Of a DNA stretch of 64,000 bases, positions 36,649 through 45,418 are shown piece by piece (position 1 is the stretch's first letter; the number at the start of each line of letters is the position of its first letter). The position numbers and the translations under genes were made by a program. The notes below the pieces were generated by a model. The model ran no database searches, was not told the origin of the DNA, and saw nothing but the letters and a program-made list of their open reading frames with translations. The DNA is from Bdellovibrionales bacterium (GTDB taxonomy: Bacteria; Bdellovibrionota; Bdellovibrionia; Bdellovibrionales; JAGQZY01): positions 34,663 to 98,662 of the forward strand of contig JANOYW010000091.1 of the NCBI GenBank assembly GCA_031429075.1, read 5' to 3'.

Positions 36649-37460
36649 TTCTTGCGCGAAGATTTTGCCTTCACCTTTTTCAACTGCTTTACTGCCTTCA
36701 ACTGTTTCTTCGCCTTGTCCCACAGCACTTCCTTTTTCTTCACGGAAAGGGCGCAGTACTCTTTCCAGCTTAAGCTCGAAATCTTAAAAGCTGTTTCGAT
36801 GCGCTTGACCACTTTTGTATTTGCCAGGCGCAGGGATTTTTCGGGATCGAGATCCAGCAGGCGTGCGACTTGCGCCAAGGTGAAAAGTGTATCGCCGAGC
36901 TCTTCCATCTGATGGGCTTTGTCTTTGCCGCGCAAGGTGGCCTTGAGTTCGCTCACTTCGGACATAAATTGTTTAAACACATCGCTCACTTTGTACCAAT
37001 CAAAGTCGATGGTGCGGGTTTTTTTGCCAATTTTCACTGCGCTCAATAGTGAAGGGAAATTGCGTGGCATTTTAAAAATTTCGGTGGAGTTGATTTTTGC
37101 AGATTTGGTTCTTTCCCAGGTCTGCTTTACGCTGTCGGCAGATATTTGCTTTTTGTCCAACGCAAATACATGCGGATGTCTTTCAATCATTTTTTCGCTC
37201 AGCGAATGGATCACATCATCCAAAGAAAAATGCCCCGCCTCTTGCGCCATTTGGCTTTGAAACACCACCTGGAAAAGCAAATCTCCGAGCTCTTCTTTTA
37301 CATCCTCCGGCGTTTTGTGGAGAATAGCGTCTTCCAGTTCTAACGCCTCTTCGACGGCATAGGGAGTGAGGCTTTCGGGAGTTTGTTTTTGATCCCAGGG
37401 GCAGCCGGCGCGCAGAGAAGCCATGATTTTTTTAAGATCGTCGAGAGTTTGTCGTTTCAT
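36639..37460 (-). CDS. mazG: Nucleoside triphosphate pyrophosphohydrolase MazG
   Basis: Two MazG EExxE-type motifs (YAVEEALELEDAI, EELGDLLFQV; second repeat EELGDTLFTL). Start at the ATG at 37460 (MKRQTLDDL). Lys-rich C-terminal tail. Confidence 0.85.
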   Translation of the reverse strand: MKRQTLDDLKKIMASLRAGCPWDQKQTPESLTPYAVEEALELEDAILHKTPEDVKEELGDLLFQVVFQSQMAQEAGHFSLDDVIHSLSEKMIERHPHVFALDKKQISADSVKQTWERTKSAKINSTEIFKMPRNFPSLLSAVKIGKKTRTIDFDWYKVSDVFKQFMSEVSELKATLRGKDKAHQMEELGDTLFTLAQVARLLDLDPEKSLRLANTKVVKRIETAFKISSLSWKEYCALSVKKKEVLWDKAKKQLKAVKQLKKVKAKSSRKKTN

Positions 37461-37486
37461 GTGGAAACCTTTGATGTTATGTTTTT

Positions 37487-37969
37487 GTGATGCAATTTTA
37501 CGTAGTAAATAACACAAAATGGCGAGTGTCAGAAGTTTTTTTAAAGTGGCTTCTCAAACATGTTTCCAAAGACCTCGCAAAAACGGCAAAGCATCGCAAG
37601 GCTCTGAAAAAACAAGTGGGCATTGTCTTTATTGATAAAAAAGCCATGCGCAAGTTGAACAAGCAGTATCGTCAAAAAGACAAAGTGACGGATGTGTTGA
37701 GTTTTGCGGGCGGCGGTGAAGTGATGGATGACGACGCATTTTTGGGCGATATCGTGCTGTGTGTAGAGCAAGTTAAAAAGCAGGCGGAAGAGCACGATTT
37801 GCATGTCAGTGAAGAACTCTCGTATCTCGTGCTTCACGGATTGCTGCACCTGCTCGGGTACGACCACGAGGAAAACGAAGCCCAGGCCAAGAAAATGTTC
37901 CGTATCCAAGATAAACTCTTTGCAGATTTACAAGATCGCGATATCTTAAAGGCCTTTCGCAAAAGGTAG
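37487..37969 (+). CDS. ybeY: rRNA maturation endoribonuclease YbeY
   Basis: The zinc motif HGLLHLLGYDH is characteristic of YbeY. The start is GTG at 37487 or ATG at 37490. Confidence 0.88.
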   Translation: MMQFYVVNNTKWRVSEVFLKWLLKHVSKDLAKTAKHRKALKKQVGIVFIDKKAMRKLNKQYRQKDKVTDVLSFAGGGEVMDDDAFLGDIVLCVEQVKKQAEEHDLHVSEELSYLVLHGLLHLLGYDHEENEAQAKKMFRIQDKLFADLQDRDILKAFRKR

Positions 37970-38019
37970 TAAAGTCGTCTGACAGACGGCCAATCACACG
38001 ACGTACAGGCAGGCAGCTA

Positions 38020-39145
38020 ATGGAAAAAAAACGCAGTTTAGTCACACATTACAACGATAGCAAAAGTCAGATTGCCTCCATGGTTGTTAAGGTGGAGGAT
38101 CTCCGGAGGTCGCTTTGACCTCGATAGCAAGTTTAAACAGCTCGACGAATTAAAACACAAATCCGAAAATCCCGAGGTTTGGCAAAATCCCACCCTCATG
38201 CAGAAAATCAATCAAGATATATCGATTCTTGATAAAACCTGCAGCCAATGGCAGGCACTCAAAACCCGCACTGATGACGCGCTCCTTATGCTCGAGATGG
38301 CCCAGGACGCCGACGACGAGGACACGTTTCAGGAAGTCAGTCGCGAAATCCTGCTGCTCAATAAAGAAATTGATGAGCTTGAGCTCAAACGGCTATTGGA
38401 TGGAGAAACGGATATGAACAGTTCGTTTTTATCTATTAACTCTGGGGCCGGTGGGACCGAGGCCTGCGATTGGGCCAACATGTTACTGAGAATGTATGTT
38501 CGTTACGCCGAAAAAAATGGCTATCGCGTGGAAGTGTTAGAAATGACCGAAGGTGATGGTGCAGGAATTAAATCTGTAACCTTAAATATCCAAGGCCCCT
38601 TTGCCTATGGCTATTTAAAAGCGGAAACAGGAGTGCATCGCTTGGTGCGCATCAGTCCATTTGATTCAAACGCTCGACGACATACCAGTTTTGCCTCGGT
38701 CTTTGCGTGGCCCGAAGTGGACGACTCTGTGGTCATCGATATCAAAACCGAAGATCTTAAAATCGACACCTACCGAGCGGGTGGCTCGGGAGGGCAGCAC
38801 GTGAACAAAACGGACTCTGCGGTGCGAATCACTCACATGCCCACAGGCATCGTGGTGCAGTGTCAGAACGAGCGCAGTCAGCACTCCAACAAAGATCGCG
38901 CCATGAAAATGTTAAAGGCGGCATTGTACGAACGAGAACTCGAAGAGAAACAAAAAGCCAAGGATAAATTGAATTCCACAAAAAGTGCGAATGAATGGGG
39001 AAGTCAAATTCGCTCCTACGTTTTGCACCCCTATCAGCTTGTCAAAGACCACAGAACGGATCACGAAACCAGCCAGTCACAAGACGTGTTGGATGGAGAT
39101 TTACAGCCATTTATTAACACGTACCTCAGGTCGCTAAAAAATTAA
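38020..39145 (+). CDS. prfB: Peptide chain release factor 2, requires programmed +1 frameshift (38020..38115 in frame 0, then 38117..39145)
   Basis: Frame 0 encodes MEKKRSLVTHYNDSKSQIASMVVKVEDLRRSL and stops at TGA 38116-38118. Skipping T38116 joins it to DLDSKFKQLDEL... The body carries the SPF (RISPFDS) and GGQ (SGGQHVNKTDSAVR) motifs. Confidence 0.92.
38104..38119 (+). other. prfB programmed +1 ribosomal frameshift site
   Basis: CGG AGG TCG CTT TGA C: an internal Shine-Dalgarno-like GGAGG 3 nt before the slippery CTT, then an in-frame TGA followed by C. This matches the canonical RF2 autoregulatory site. Confidence 0.9.
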
Positions 39146-39178
39146 CCAGTAAAAACCTAATTGCAAAGGATAGCCCTT

Positions 39179-40402
39179 ATGTTTTTTCATTTTTGGATTT
39201 TAGGAAAATACATGAAGGCGTGGCGCCAGTTTTTTGATGTGACGATTCTGCTCACAGTGGCGGGAATCACCATGGGCGTGGCCGTATTGCTAGTAGCCAT
39301 GTCGAGCTTTAGTGGTTTTGAGACAACGCTGAAGCGAGCCATCATTGAAGCCGTGGGCGATGTGGCGATTTACAAACGCAATGGCAAGATCGACAAAATC
39401 GAAGTGCTGGAAAAACAGCTCAATCCCTACATGGGCAGCGTGCAAGATAAACTTTATTTTTTAGGCCAAGAGTCCTTGGTGGCCTCGAAAGGAAAGATCG
39501 CCGCCGTCTTTTTACAAGGTGTGGAAAAAGAAAAAGCCGCCAGCGTTCTCAATTTAAAAAATCGCATCATCCGCGGTCAGGATTCCTGGGAGCATCGCGA
39601 TGACGTTCCTCCCGCCTATGTGGGCAAAGATCTGTTAAAAAAAATGGGATTGCAAGTTGGCGACACCTTCAAGATTATTCTTCCTCGCACAAGCAAAACC
39701 AGCTCGTCCGATCTCAACCCCATTATCAAAACATTTTATGTCACGGCCGCCTTGGATTTAGGGCGATACGATTTTAATTCGCGTTTTTTATTTGTGGATT
39801 TATCTATTGTGCAAGATCTGCTCGACACACGCATGATTTCTGGCATTCGCCTCAAACTGAAAGATTCTGATCGCGCCGAAAAGTGGGCGCAGGTTGTGCA
39901 AGAAAAATTAGGCTGGAGTTATTCAGTGATGGACTGGCGGCAAACCAATAAAAATTATTTTTCGGCCATCGATTACGAAAAACGGGTGATCTTTTTTGTT
40001 GTTCTGGTCATCGTCATCGCCTCTGGCTTTAATGTAATCACGTCACTGTTTGTGACTATCTTAAAACGCTATCGGGACATCAGCTTATTTAAAACCCTGG
40101 GCGCCCGCCCCAGAGACATTGGCTTTTTATTTTGCCTGCACGGCCTTTTGCTTGGAGCCATCGGCACTCTTTTGGGGCTCACCATTGGTGGGCTTTTATG
40201 TTACTTGTTCGAAATGGGACAAAAGGTGTTTCCCCTCTTGCCGGCAGACATTTATCGTTTGTCCTTTGTGGCCACTGAATTTCGCGCTCAGGACATTGTT
40301 TGGATCTGTAGTGCCACAATGACGATTTGTTTTTTATCAACTCTCATTCCGGCGCTGCGTGGAGCTCGTTTGTCCCCCGTGGAAGGACTCAAATATGAAT
40401 AA
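39179..40402 (+). CDS. Lipoprotein-releasing system permease (LolC/LolE family, FtsX-like)
   Basis: MacB/FtsX topology (TM1, large periplasmic domain, three C-terminal TMs), immediately upstream of lolD. The ATG at 39179 has AAGGA upstream, and TTG at 39161 is an alternative. Confidence 0.82.
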   Translation: MFFHFWILGKYMKAWRQFFDVTILLTVAGITMGVAVLLVAMSSFSGFETTLKRAIIEAVGDVAIYKRNGKIDKIEVLEKQLNPYMGSVQDKLYFLGQESLVASKGKIAAVFLQGVEKEKAASVLNLKNRIIRGQDSWEHRDDVPPAYVGKDLLKKMGLQVGDTFKIILPRTSKTSSSDLNPIIKTFYVTAALDLGRYDFNSRFLFVDLSIVQDLLDTRMISGIRLKLKDSDRAEKWAQVVQEKLGWSYSVMDWRQTNKNYFSAIDYEKRVIFFVVLVIVIASGFNVITSLFVTILKRYRDISLFKTLGARPRDIGFLFCLHGLLLGAIGTLLGLTIGGLLCYLFEMGQKVFPLLPADIYRLSFVATEFRAQDIVWICSATMTICFLSTLIPALRGARLSPVEGLKYE

Positions 40403-41081
40403 GCTATTGATGGATGTAAAGTGCGTGACCAAGTCGTTTTCTCGCAAGGGCGAAGCGCTGGATGTGCTTAAAGGCATCGACTTGGATATTCGCGAAGGCG
40501 AGGCTTTGTGCATCATGGGCTCCTCGGGCGCTGGCAAAAGTACCCTCCTGCATATTTTGGGCACTCTCGATCAGCCCACGCTGGGAAAGATTTTTTTTGA
40601 GGGCGTGGATTTAACGCGGAAGTCTTCGGCAGAACTTGCCCGTTTTCGCAGCCAAACCATGGGCTTTGTTTTTCAATTCCATCATTTGTTGCCCGAATTT
40701 ACGGCACTGGAAAATGTTTTGTTGCCCTGTCGAATTGCCGGTGACTCTCGCCGCGAAAGTTTACAAAAAGCAGAAGAATTATTGGGCCGTATGGGGATGA
40801 AAGATCGCAAGGATCACTATCCGTCGCAACTCAGCGGCGGCGAACAGCAGCGAGTGGCCATTGCCCGAGCGCTCATCAGAAGTCCACGTATCCTCTTTGC
40901 TGATGAACCCACTGGAAATCTCGATAGTTCCAATGCAAAAATTATTCAGGATCTCTTTTTTCAATTGAAGCAGGAACAGAAGTTAACGCTTGTTGTCGTG
41001 ACCCATGATCAGAATTTCGCGAATCGATTTCCGCGCCGTCTAGAGCTAAAAGACGGCATGTGGGTGAGTTACCGCTTCTAG
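40395..41081 (+). CDS. lolD: Lipoprotein-releasing system ATP-binding protein LolD
   Basis: Walker [12 protein letters not shown], signature [15 protein letters not shown], Walker [10 protein letters not shown]. The ATG at 40395 has GGAAGGA upstream and overlaps the permease gene by 8 nt. Confidence 0.88.
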   Translation: MNKLLMDVKCVTKSFSRKGEALDVLKGIDLDIREGEALCIMGSSGAGKSTLLHILGTLDQPTLGKIFFEGVDLTRKSSAELARFRSQTMGFVFQFHHLLPEFTALENVLLPCRIAGDSRRESLQKAEELLGRMGMKDRKDHYPSQLSGGEQQRVAIARALIRSPRILFADEPTGNLDSSNAKIIQDLFFQLKQEQKLTLVVVTHDQNFANRFPRRLELKDGMWVSYRF

Positions 41082-41161
41082 CGGCCACAACAGTTTTGAC
41101 ATGCCTAACGTTTATAGCTAACTTGCAATTTGTTCTTAAAAGGCAGCACTTTAGGTATGAG

Positions 41162-43594
41162 ATGGGTTTGAGACGGGCTTTAGGAGTCTTCGTGAAATCA
41201 GCTTTGATTTTGGCATTTTGGATTTTATGGAACCCTTGCGCGGTCGCCCAAAAAACAGCTGACCAAAATTCGGCCGCTAAAAAGCTCGCGACCAAACAGT
41301 CCTCCACGATTTCCGAAATTCGCGTGGACGGCAATAAAAAAATCGAGACCACAGCCATCACCGAAAAAATGACCATCAAAGCGGGCTCCACGTTTGATAG
41401 CAGCAAAGTTCGCGAGGACATCCAAGCCCTCTACGACATGGGATATTTTGAAGATATCCAATTTGCGCGGCAAGGAACACAGCTGATCGTTACGGTTTCT
41501 GAAAAGCCTTCTATCTCGGCCATCGAATTCGAAGGCAACGACGAACTGGACGATGAGGAGCTTACAGAAAAATCAGGTCTTAAAACTTTCGAGATGGTGA
41601 ACTACAGCAAGATTCAAAAAGCCATTTCCGAAATTCAAAAGGCCTACGAAGAAAAGGGATATCTTCTTGCCAAGGTCGACTACTCTCTCAAGCCAGAGGA
41701 AAAAACGCCCCAGTCCTCGCGGTTGATCTTTAACGTGAATGAAAACCAAAAAGTGCAAGTAAAGCGCGTGTCGTTTGTCGGCAACAAAAATGTTCGCGAT
41801 CAGGATTTGAAAGCGTTTATGGCCACGCAAGAGGGAGGCTTTTTTAGTTTCCTCAGTGGCAGTGGCACCTACAAACAGGATATGTTCGACGATGATGTAA
41901 AACGACTGTCGATGATTTATCTCAACAAAGGCTACGTGCAGGCAAAAGTGAGCCGCCCCGAAGTGACGGTGACGCCCGACAAAAAGGGTATTTATATTTC
42001 GATTAAAATCGAAGAGGGTGAGCTATTCCAAGTTGGTGAAGTTGATTTTTCTGGCGACCTTTTGTTTGACAAAGCGGACCTCAGAGCAGAGACAAAAATT
42101 GATGACTCCGAAGACTTTTCCTACGAAACCGTGCAAAACGATCTGCGCGCCCTCGAAGCAAAATATGGCGATTTGGGGTACGCCTACGCCAACCCCATTC
42201 CGCGCATTCAAACGCTAGAAAAAGAGCGCAAGGTCAACATCACCTACGAAATCGAAAAAGGTCAGAAGGTCTACTTCCGACGGATCAATGTCATTGGCAA
42301 TACAAGTACACGGGATAAAGTCATCCGCCGTGAACTGCGTTTTGTCGAAGGCGAACTTTACAACGAAACCCACAAGCGCAATTCATTGGCGAACATCAAG
42401 CGACTGGGATACTTTGAAGACGCGCAATTTATGACAAAGACTCCTCCTGGACGCGATGATCAAATGGATATTGATATCGTAGTGAAAGAGCGCAACACCG
42501 GACAGTTTCAATTGGGTGCGGGGTACGCGACGGCCCTTGGCGCTCAGTTAAATGTGCAACTCGATGAAAGCAACTTTATGGGTTACGGTTATCGTGCCGG
42601 TGTGCGAGTGGAATACAATGGGGCTCGTTATCAAAACTATACTGTGAGCTTCACCGATCCTTACTTTAACGACAGCTTTTGGAGTTTAGGTACGGATATG
42701 TACTACACGGATTCCCGAGTGTTGCAGTTTGTGCAGCAGAACAAAGGGGTCTCGCTTCGCGGTGGACATCCGCTGTTTTTTGATTACTTTCAAAACAATA
42801 ACTTTTACGCCTTCCTCCGCTATAAAATTGACGAAACCTACGTAAGTTTTGCCTCCGATCAAGACGTTTCCGATGTGTTAAATCCAGCTACAGTGAACGG
42901 TGTGACAAGTTCAGTTCAGGGGTCCTTGGAGTTTGATAAGAGAAACGATCGTATGATGCCATCAGACGGGGTCTACGCCAGCGCGTCCTACGAATTTGCA
43001 GGACTTGGGGGCGATGTTAAATTTATGAAATCGCAACTCAACGCTCGCTATTACAAAAACCTTTTCTGGGATGTGGTTTTTAGAAACAACCTTTCCTACG
43101 GCATTATGGGCTCTGTGGACGATAAGCCTCTGCCGTTTACCGAGTTGTTTCGTCTCGGCGGACCTAACAATCTTCGCGGTTATGCCTTCCGCAACGTGGG
43201 GACGCGAAAGTTTTCGAAAAAACTATACAACTATCTGTTAAATCCCGCAGCTCCTGGCAGCGTGGATCCGGTTGCGGCCTGCGCGGCCAATTTTGACAGT
43301 AACTGTCAACGAGCCTTCACGGTCATGGGTGGCTCGCAGCAACTATTCTACATGGCAGAGCTTGAGTTTCCGCTGGCTAAAGAAGCAGGTATGCGGGCTG
43401 TGATTTTTTATGATATAGGTCAGGCAGAAAACAACATCGACTCCAGCAACTTTCGTGCAGATATTGGCTTCGGAATTCGCTGGTTTTCGCCCATGGGACC
43501 TTTGCGCTTTGAGTTTGGTTTCCCGTTGGATCGACGGGCCGAGTTGGGTGAGCGCAGTAATAACTTCCAGTTTGCCGTGGGAAGTCCATTTTAG
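41162..43594 (+). CDS. bamA: Outer membrane protein assembly factor BamA
   Basis: Signal peptide, repeated POTRA-type segments (I.V.GN..), a C-terminal beta-barrel and a terminal Phe (FQFAVGSPF). Start set at the ATG at 41162 (MGLRRALGVF...). Confidence 0.92.
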   Translation: MGLRRALGVFVKSALILAFWILWNPCAVAQKTADQNSAAKKLATKQSSTISEIRVDGNKKIETTAITEKMTIKAGSTFDSSKVREDIQALYDMGYFEDIQFARQGTQLIVTVSEKPSISAIEFEGNDELDDEELTEKSGLKTFEMVNYSKIQKAISEIQKAYEEKGYLLAKVDYSLKPEEKTPQSSRLIFNVNENQKVQVKRVSFVGNKNVRDQDLKAFMATQEGGFFSFLSGSGTYKQDMFDDDVKRLSMIYLNKGYVQAKVSRPEVTVTPDKKGIYISIKIEEGELFQVGEVDFSGDLLFDKADLRAETKIDDSEDFSYETVQNDLRALEAKYGDLGYAYANPIPRIQTLEKERKVNITYEIEKGQKVYFRRINVIGNTSTRDKVIRRELRFVEGELYNETHKRNSLANIKRLGYFEDAQFMTKTPPGRDDQMDIDIVVKERNTGQFQLGAGYATALGAQLNVQLDESNFMGYGYRAGVRVEYNGARYQNYTVSFTDPYFNDSFWSLGTDMYYTDSRVLQFVQQNKGVSLRGGHPLFFDYFQNNNFYAFLRYKIDETYVSFASDQDVSDVLNPATVNGVTSSVQGSLEFDKRNDRMMPSDGVYASASYEFAGLGGDVKFMKSQLNARYYKNLFWDVVFRNNLSYGIMGSVDDKPLPFTELFRLGGPNNLRGYAFRNVGTRKFSKKLYNYLLNPAAPGSVDPVAACAANFDSNCQRAFTVMGGSQQLFYMAELEFPLAKEAGMRAVIFYDIGQAENNIDSSNFRADIGFGIRWFSPMGPLRFEFGFPLDRRAELGERSNNFQFAVGSPF

Positions 43595-43634
43595 AGTTTG
43601 AGTTATGTAAGTAATTTTTCAAGGGAGGATACTA

Positions 43635-44144
43635 ATGAAAAATAAAATTGTTATCGTAGTCGCTTTATTTGCCGGCCTAATTACCAGTGCAGCTTCTGCT
43701 GCCGAATTCAAAGTCGGTGTGGTGGATATGCAAAAAGCCATTCAAACATCTTCGGCAGGCAAAAAAGCCAAAAAAGAAGTTGAAGGTGATTTTGAGAAGA
43801 AAAAGAAAGATCTTAAGAAAAAAGAAGACGATCTAAAGAAGCGTGTGGAAGAGTTTGAAAAAAAACAGGCGGTACTTTCGGACAAAGTTCGTCAAGAACA
43901 GCAAACTGATTTGCAAAAAGATATGATGCAGTTTCGCGAAGAAGTGAGCAAGAGTCAGGTCACAATTCAGCAGCGCGAGCGCGAACTGACAAAGCCGATT
44001 CTAGAAAAACTACAAAAAGTAATTTTAGAAATCGCTAAAGAAAAAGACTTCTCCATGGTTCTCGAGAAAGCTGAGCAAAGTGTGATGTTTGCAAAGACCG
44101 AGCTCGACATTACCGACGAAGTTATCAAACGAGCGGATAAATAA
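43635..44144 (+). CDS. skp: Periplasmic chaperone Skp (OmpH family)
   Basis: Signal peptide, then KVGVVDMQKAIQTS and a long charged coiled-coil. Conserved position after bamA. Confidence 0.85.
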   Translation: MKNKIVIVVALFAGLITSAASAAEFKVGVVDMQKAIQTSSAGKKAKKEVEGDFEKKKKDLKKKEDDLKKRVEEFEKKQAVLSDKVRQEQQTDLQKDMMQFREEVSKSQVTIQQRERELTKPILEKLQKVILEIAKEKDFSMVLEKAEQSVMFAKTELDITDEVIKRADK

Positions 44145-44147
44145 TAG

Positions 44148-44633
44148 ATGTCTGAAAAAAAAGTTTTCATGGATGTGCTCGATATTAGAAAGCGGATTCC
44201 TCACAGGTTTCCGTTTTTGTTTATCGATCGAATTGATTCGTACACGCCCAGTCCAGGTGGTGACAAGGTTCGTGTGGGTCGCAAAGTGATTGCGCGAAAA
44301 AATGTCACTGTGAATGAACCCTATTTTAACGGTCATTTTCCCCATAAACCAGTAATGCCTGGAGTTTTACAGGTTGAGGCCATGGCCCAAGCTGGAGCTC
44401 TGGCCTGTTTACCTTTCGAGGGTGAGCACCTGGATGTGCTGATTGCCAAAATTGATAACACCCGTTTTCGTCGTCCAGTGGTTCCCGGAGATGTGTTAGA
44501 AATCCATGCGGAAATCACCAAAGAAAAATCGGGTATTGTGTGCCTGAAGGGCGCAATTTATTGTGATGGAGAGCTCGTGGCCGAAACAGATATCACGGCT
44601 AAGATATTCCCCACAAAGGAGGCCTGGGTATGA
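44148..44633 (+). CDS. fabZ: 3-hydroxyacyl-ACP dehydratase FabZ
   Basis: RFPFLFIDRI and HFPHKPVMPGVLQVEAMAQ motifs. Confidence 0.95.
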   Translation: MSEKKVFMDVLDIRKRIPHRFPFLFIDRIDSYTPSPGGDKVRVGRKVIARKNVTVNEPYFNGHFPHKPVMPGVLQVEAMAQAGALACLPFEGEHLDVLIAKIDNTRFRRPVVPGDVLEIHAEITKEKSGIVCLKGAIYCDGELVAETDITAKIFPTKEAWV

Positions 44634-45418
44634 GTATTCATCCCACAAGTATTATTGGACCCGAGGTTAAACTCGGAGAGAATATAAAAATTGGCCCTTT
44701 TTGTGTTGTGACCGGTGATGTGACTATCGGTGATAACACTCAGTTGGCAAGTCATGTGGTGATTGGTGATCCCCAAACCCATGTGATTATCGGTAAAAAC
44801 AATCGCTTTTTCTCTGGTGCCGTTGTCGGCGGCCCCCCACAAGATCTCACTTACAAGGGCGAAAAAACCCAGCTCGTTATCGGCGACAACAACAGCATTC
44901 GCGAATTTGTATCTATTAACGTTGGAACTCCCAAAGGTGGCGGTGTCACACGTATTGGATCAGATAACCTTTTGATGGCCTACGTGCACATAGCTCATGA
45001 CTGTCAGTTGGGAAATCACATTGTCATGGCCAACTCCTGTCAGCTCGCGGGACATGTGGAAATTCACGATCACGCAAAAATCAGTGGTGTCTGTCTGTTT
45101 AATCAGTTCGTTGTTTTAGGAAAGTACTGCTACATCACGGGCGATAGCGCCGTGAACAAAGACGTTCCTCCCTTCTGTATTGCTCAGGGTAAATACGCTG
45201 TGGTTCGCGCGGCCAACGAAATCGGAATGGATCGCGCGGGTTTTTCAAAAGCAGAGATCGAAAATATTCGTCGTGCAGTTCGCATTATTACTAAATCAAA
45301 GCTGACCCTTGAGGGCTCTCTACAAAGAATTGCTGAAGAGTGCGAAATGGTACCAGCGTTGAATGATTTTTTAGCGTTCATTAAGTCGGATGAACGAAAA
45401 CGAGGCTTGGCGTTCTAA
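44630..45418 (+). CDS. lpxA: Acyl-ACP--UDP-N-acetylglucosamine O-acyltransferase LpxA
   Basis: Left-handed beta-helix hexapeptide repeats, MAYVHIAHDCQLGN, and the C-terminal helical domain typical of LpxA. Confidence 0.93.
   Translation: MSIHPTSIIGPEVKLGENIKIGPFCVVTGDVTIGDNTQLASHVVIGDPQTHVIIGKNNRFFSGAVVGGPPQDLTYKGEKTQLVIGDNNSIREFVSINVGTPKGGGVTRIGSDNLLMAYVHIAHDCQLGNHIVMANSCQLAGHVEIHDHAKISGVCLFNQFVVLGKYCYITGDSAVNKDVPPFCIAQGKYAVVRAANEIGMDRAGFSKAEIENIRRAVRIITKSKLTLEGSLQRIAEECEMVPALNDFLAFIKSDERKRGLAF

Noticed and set aside
36473-36787. A 104-aa plus-strand ORF between the HNH gene and mazG.
   Set aside because: It crosses a terminator-like hairpin and REP-like copy 4, and overlaps the mazG 3' end antisense. 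It is Cys/Phe/Ser-rich and low complexity.
40942-41421. A 159-aa minus-strand ORF across the lolD/bamA junction.
   Set aside because: It is antisense to two strongly supported genes and has no motifs.
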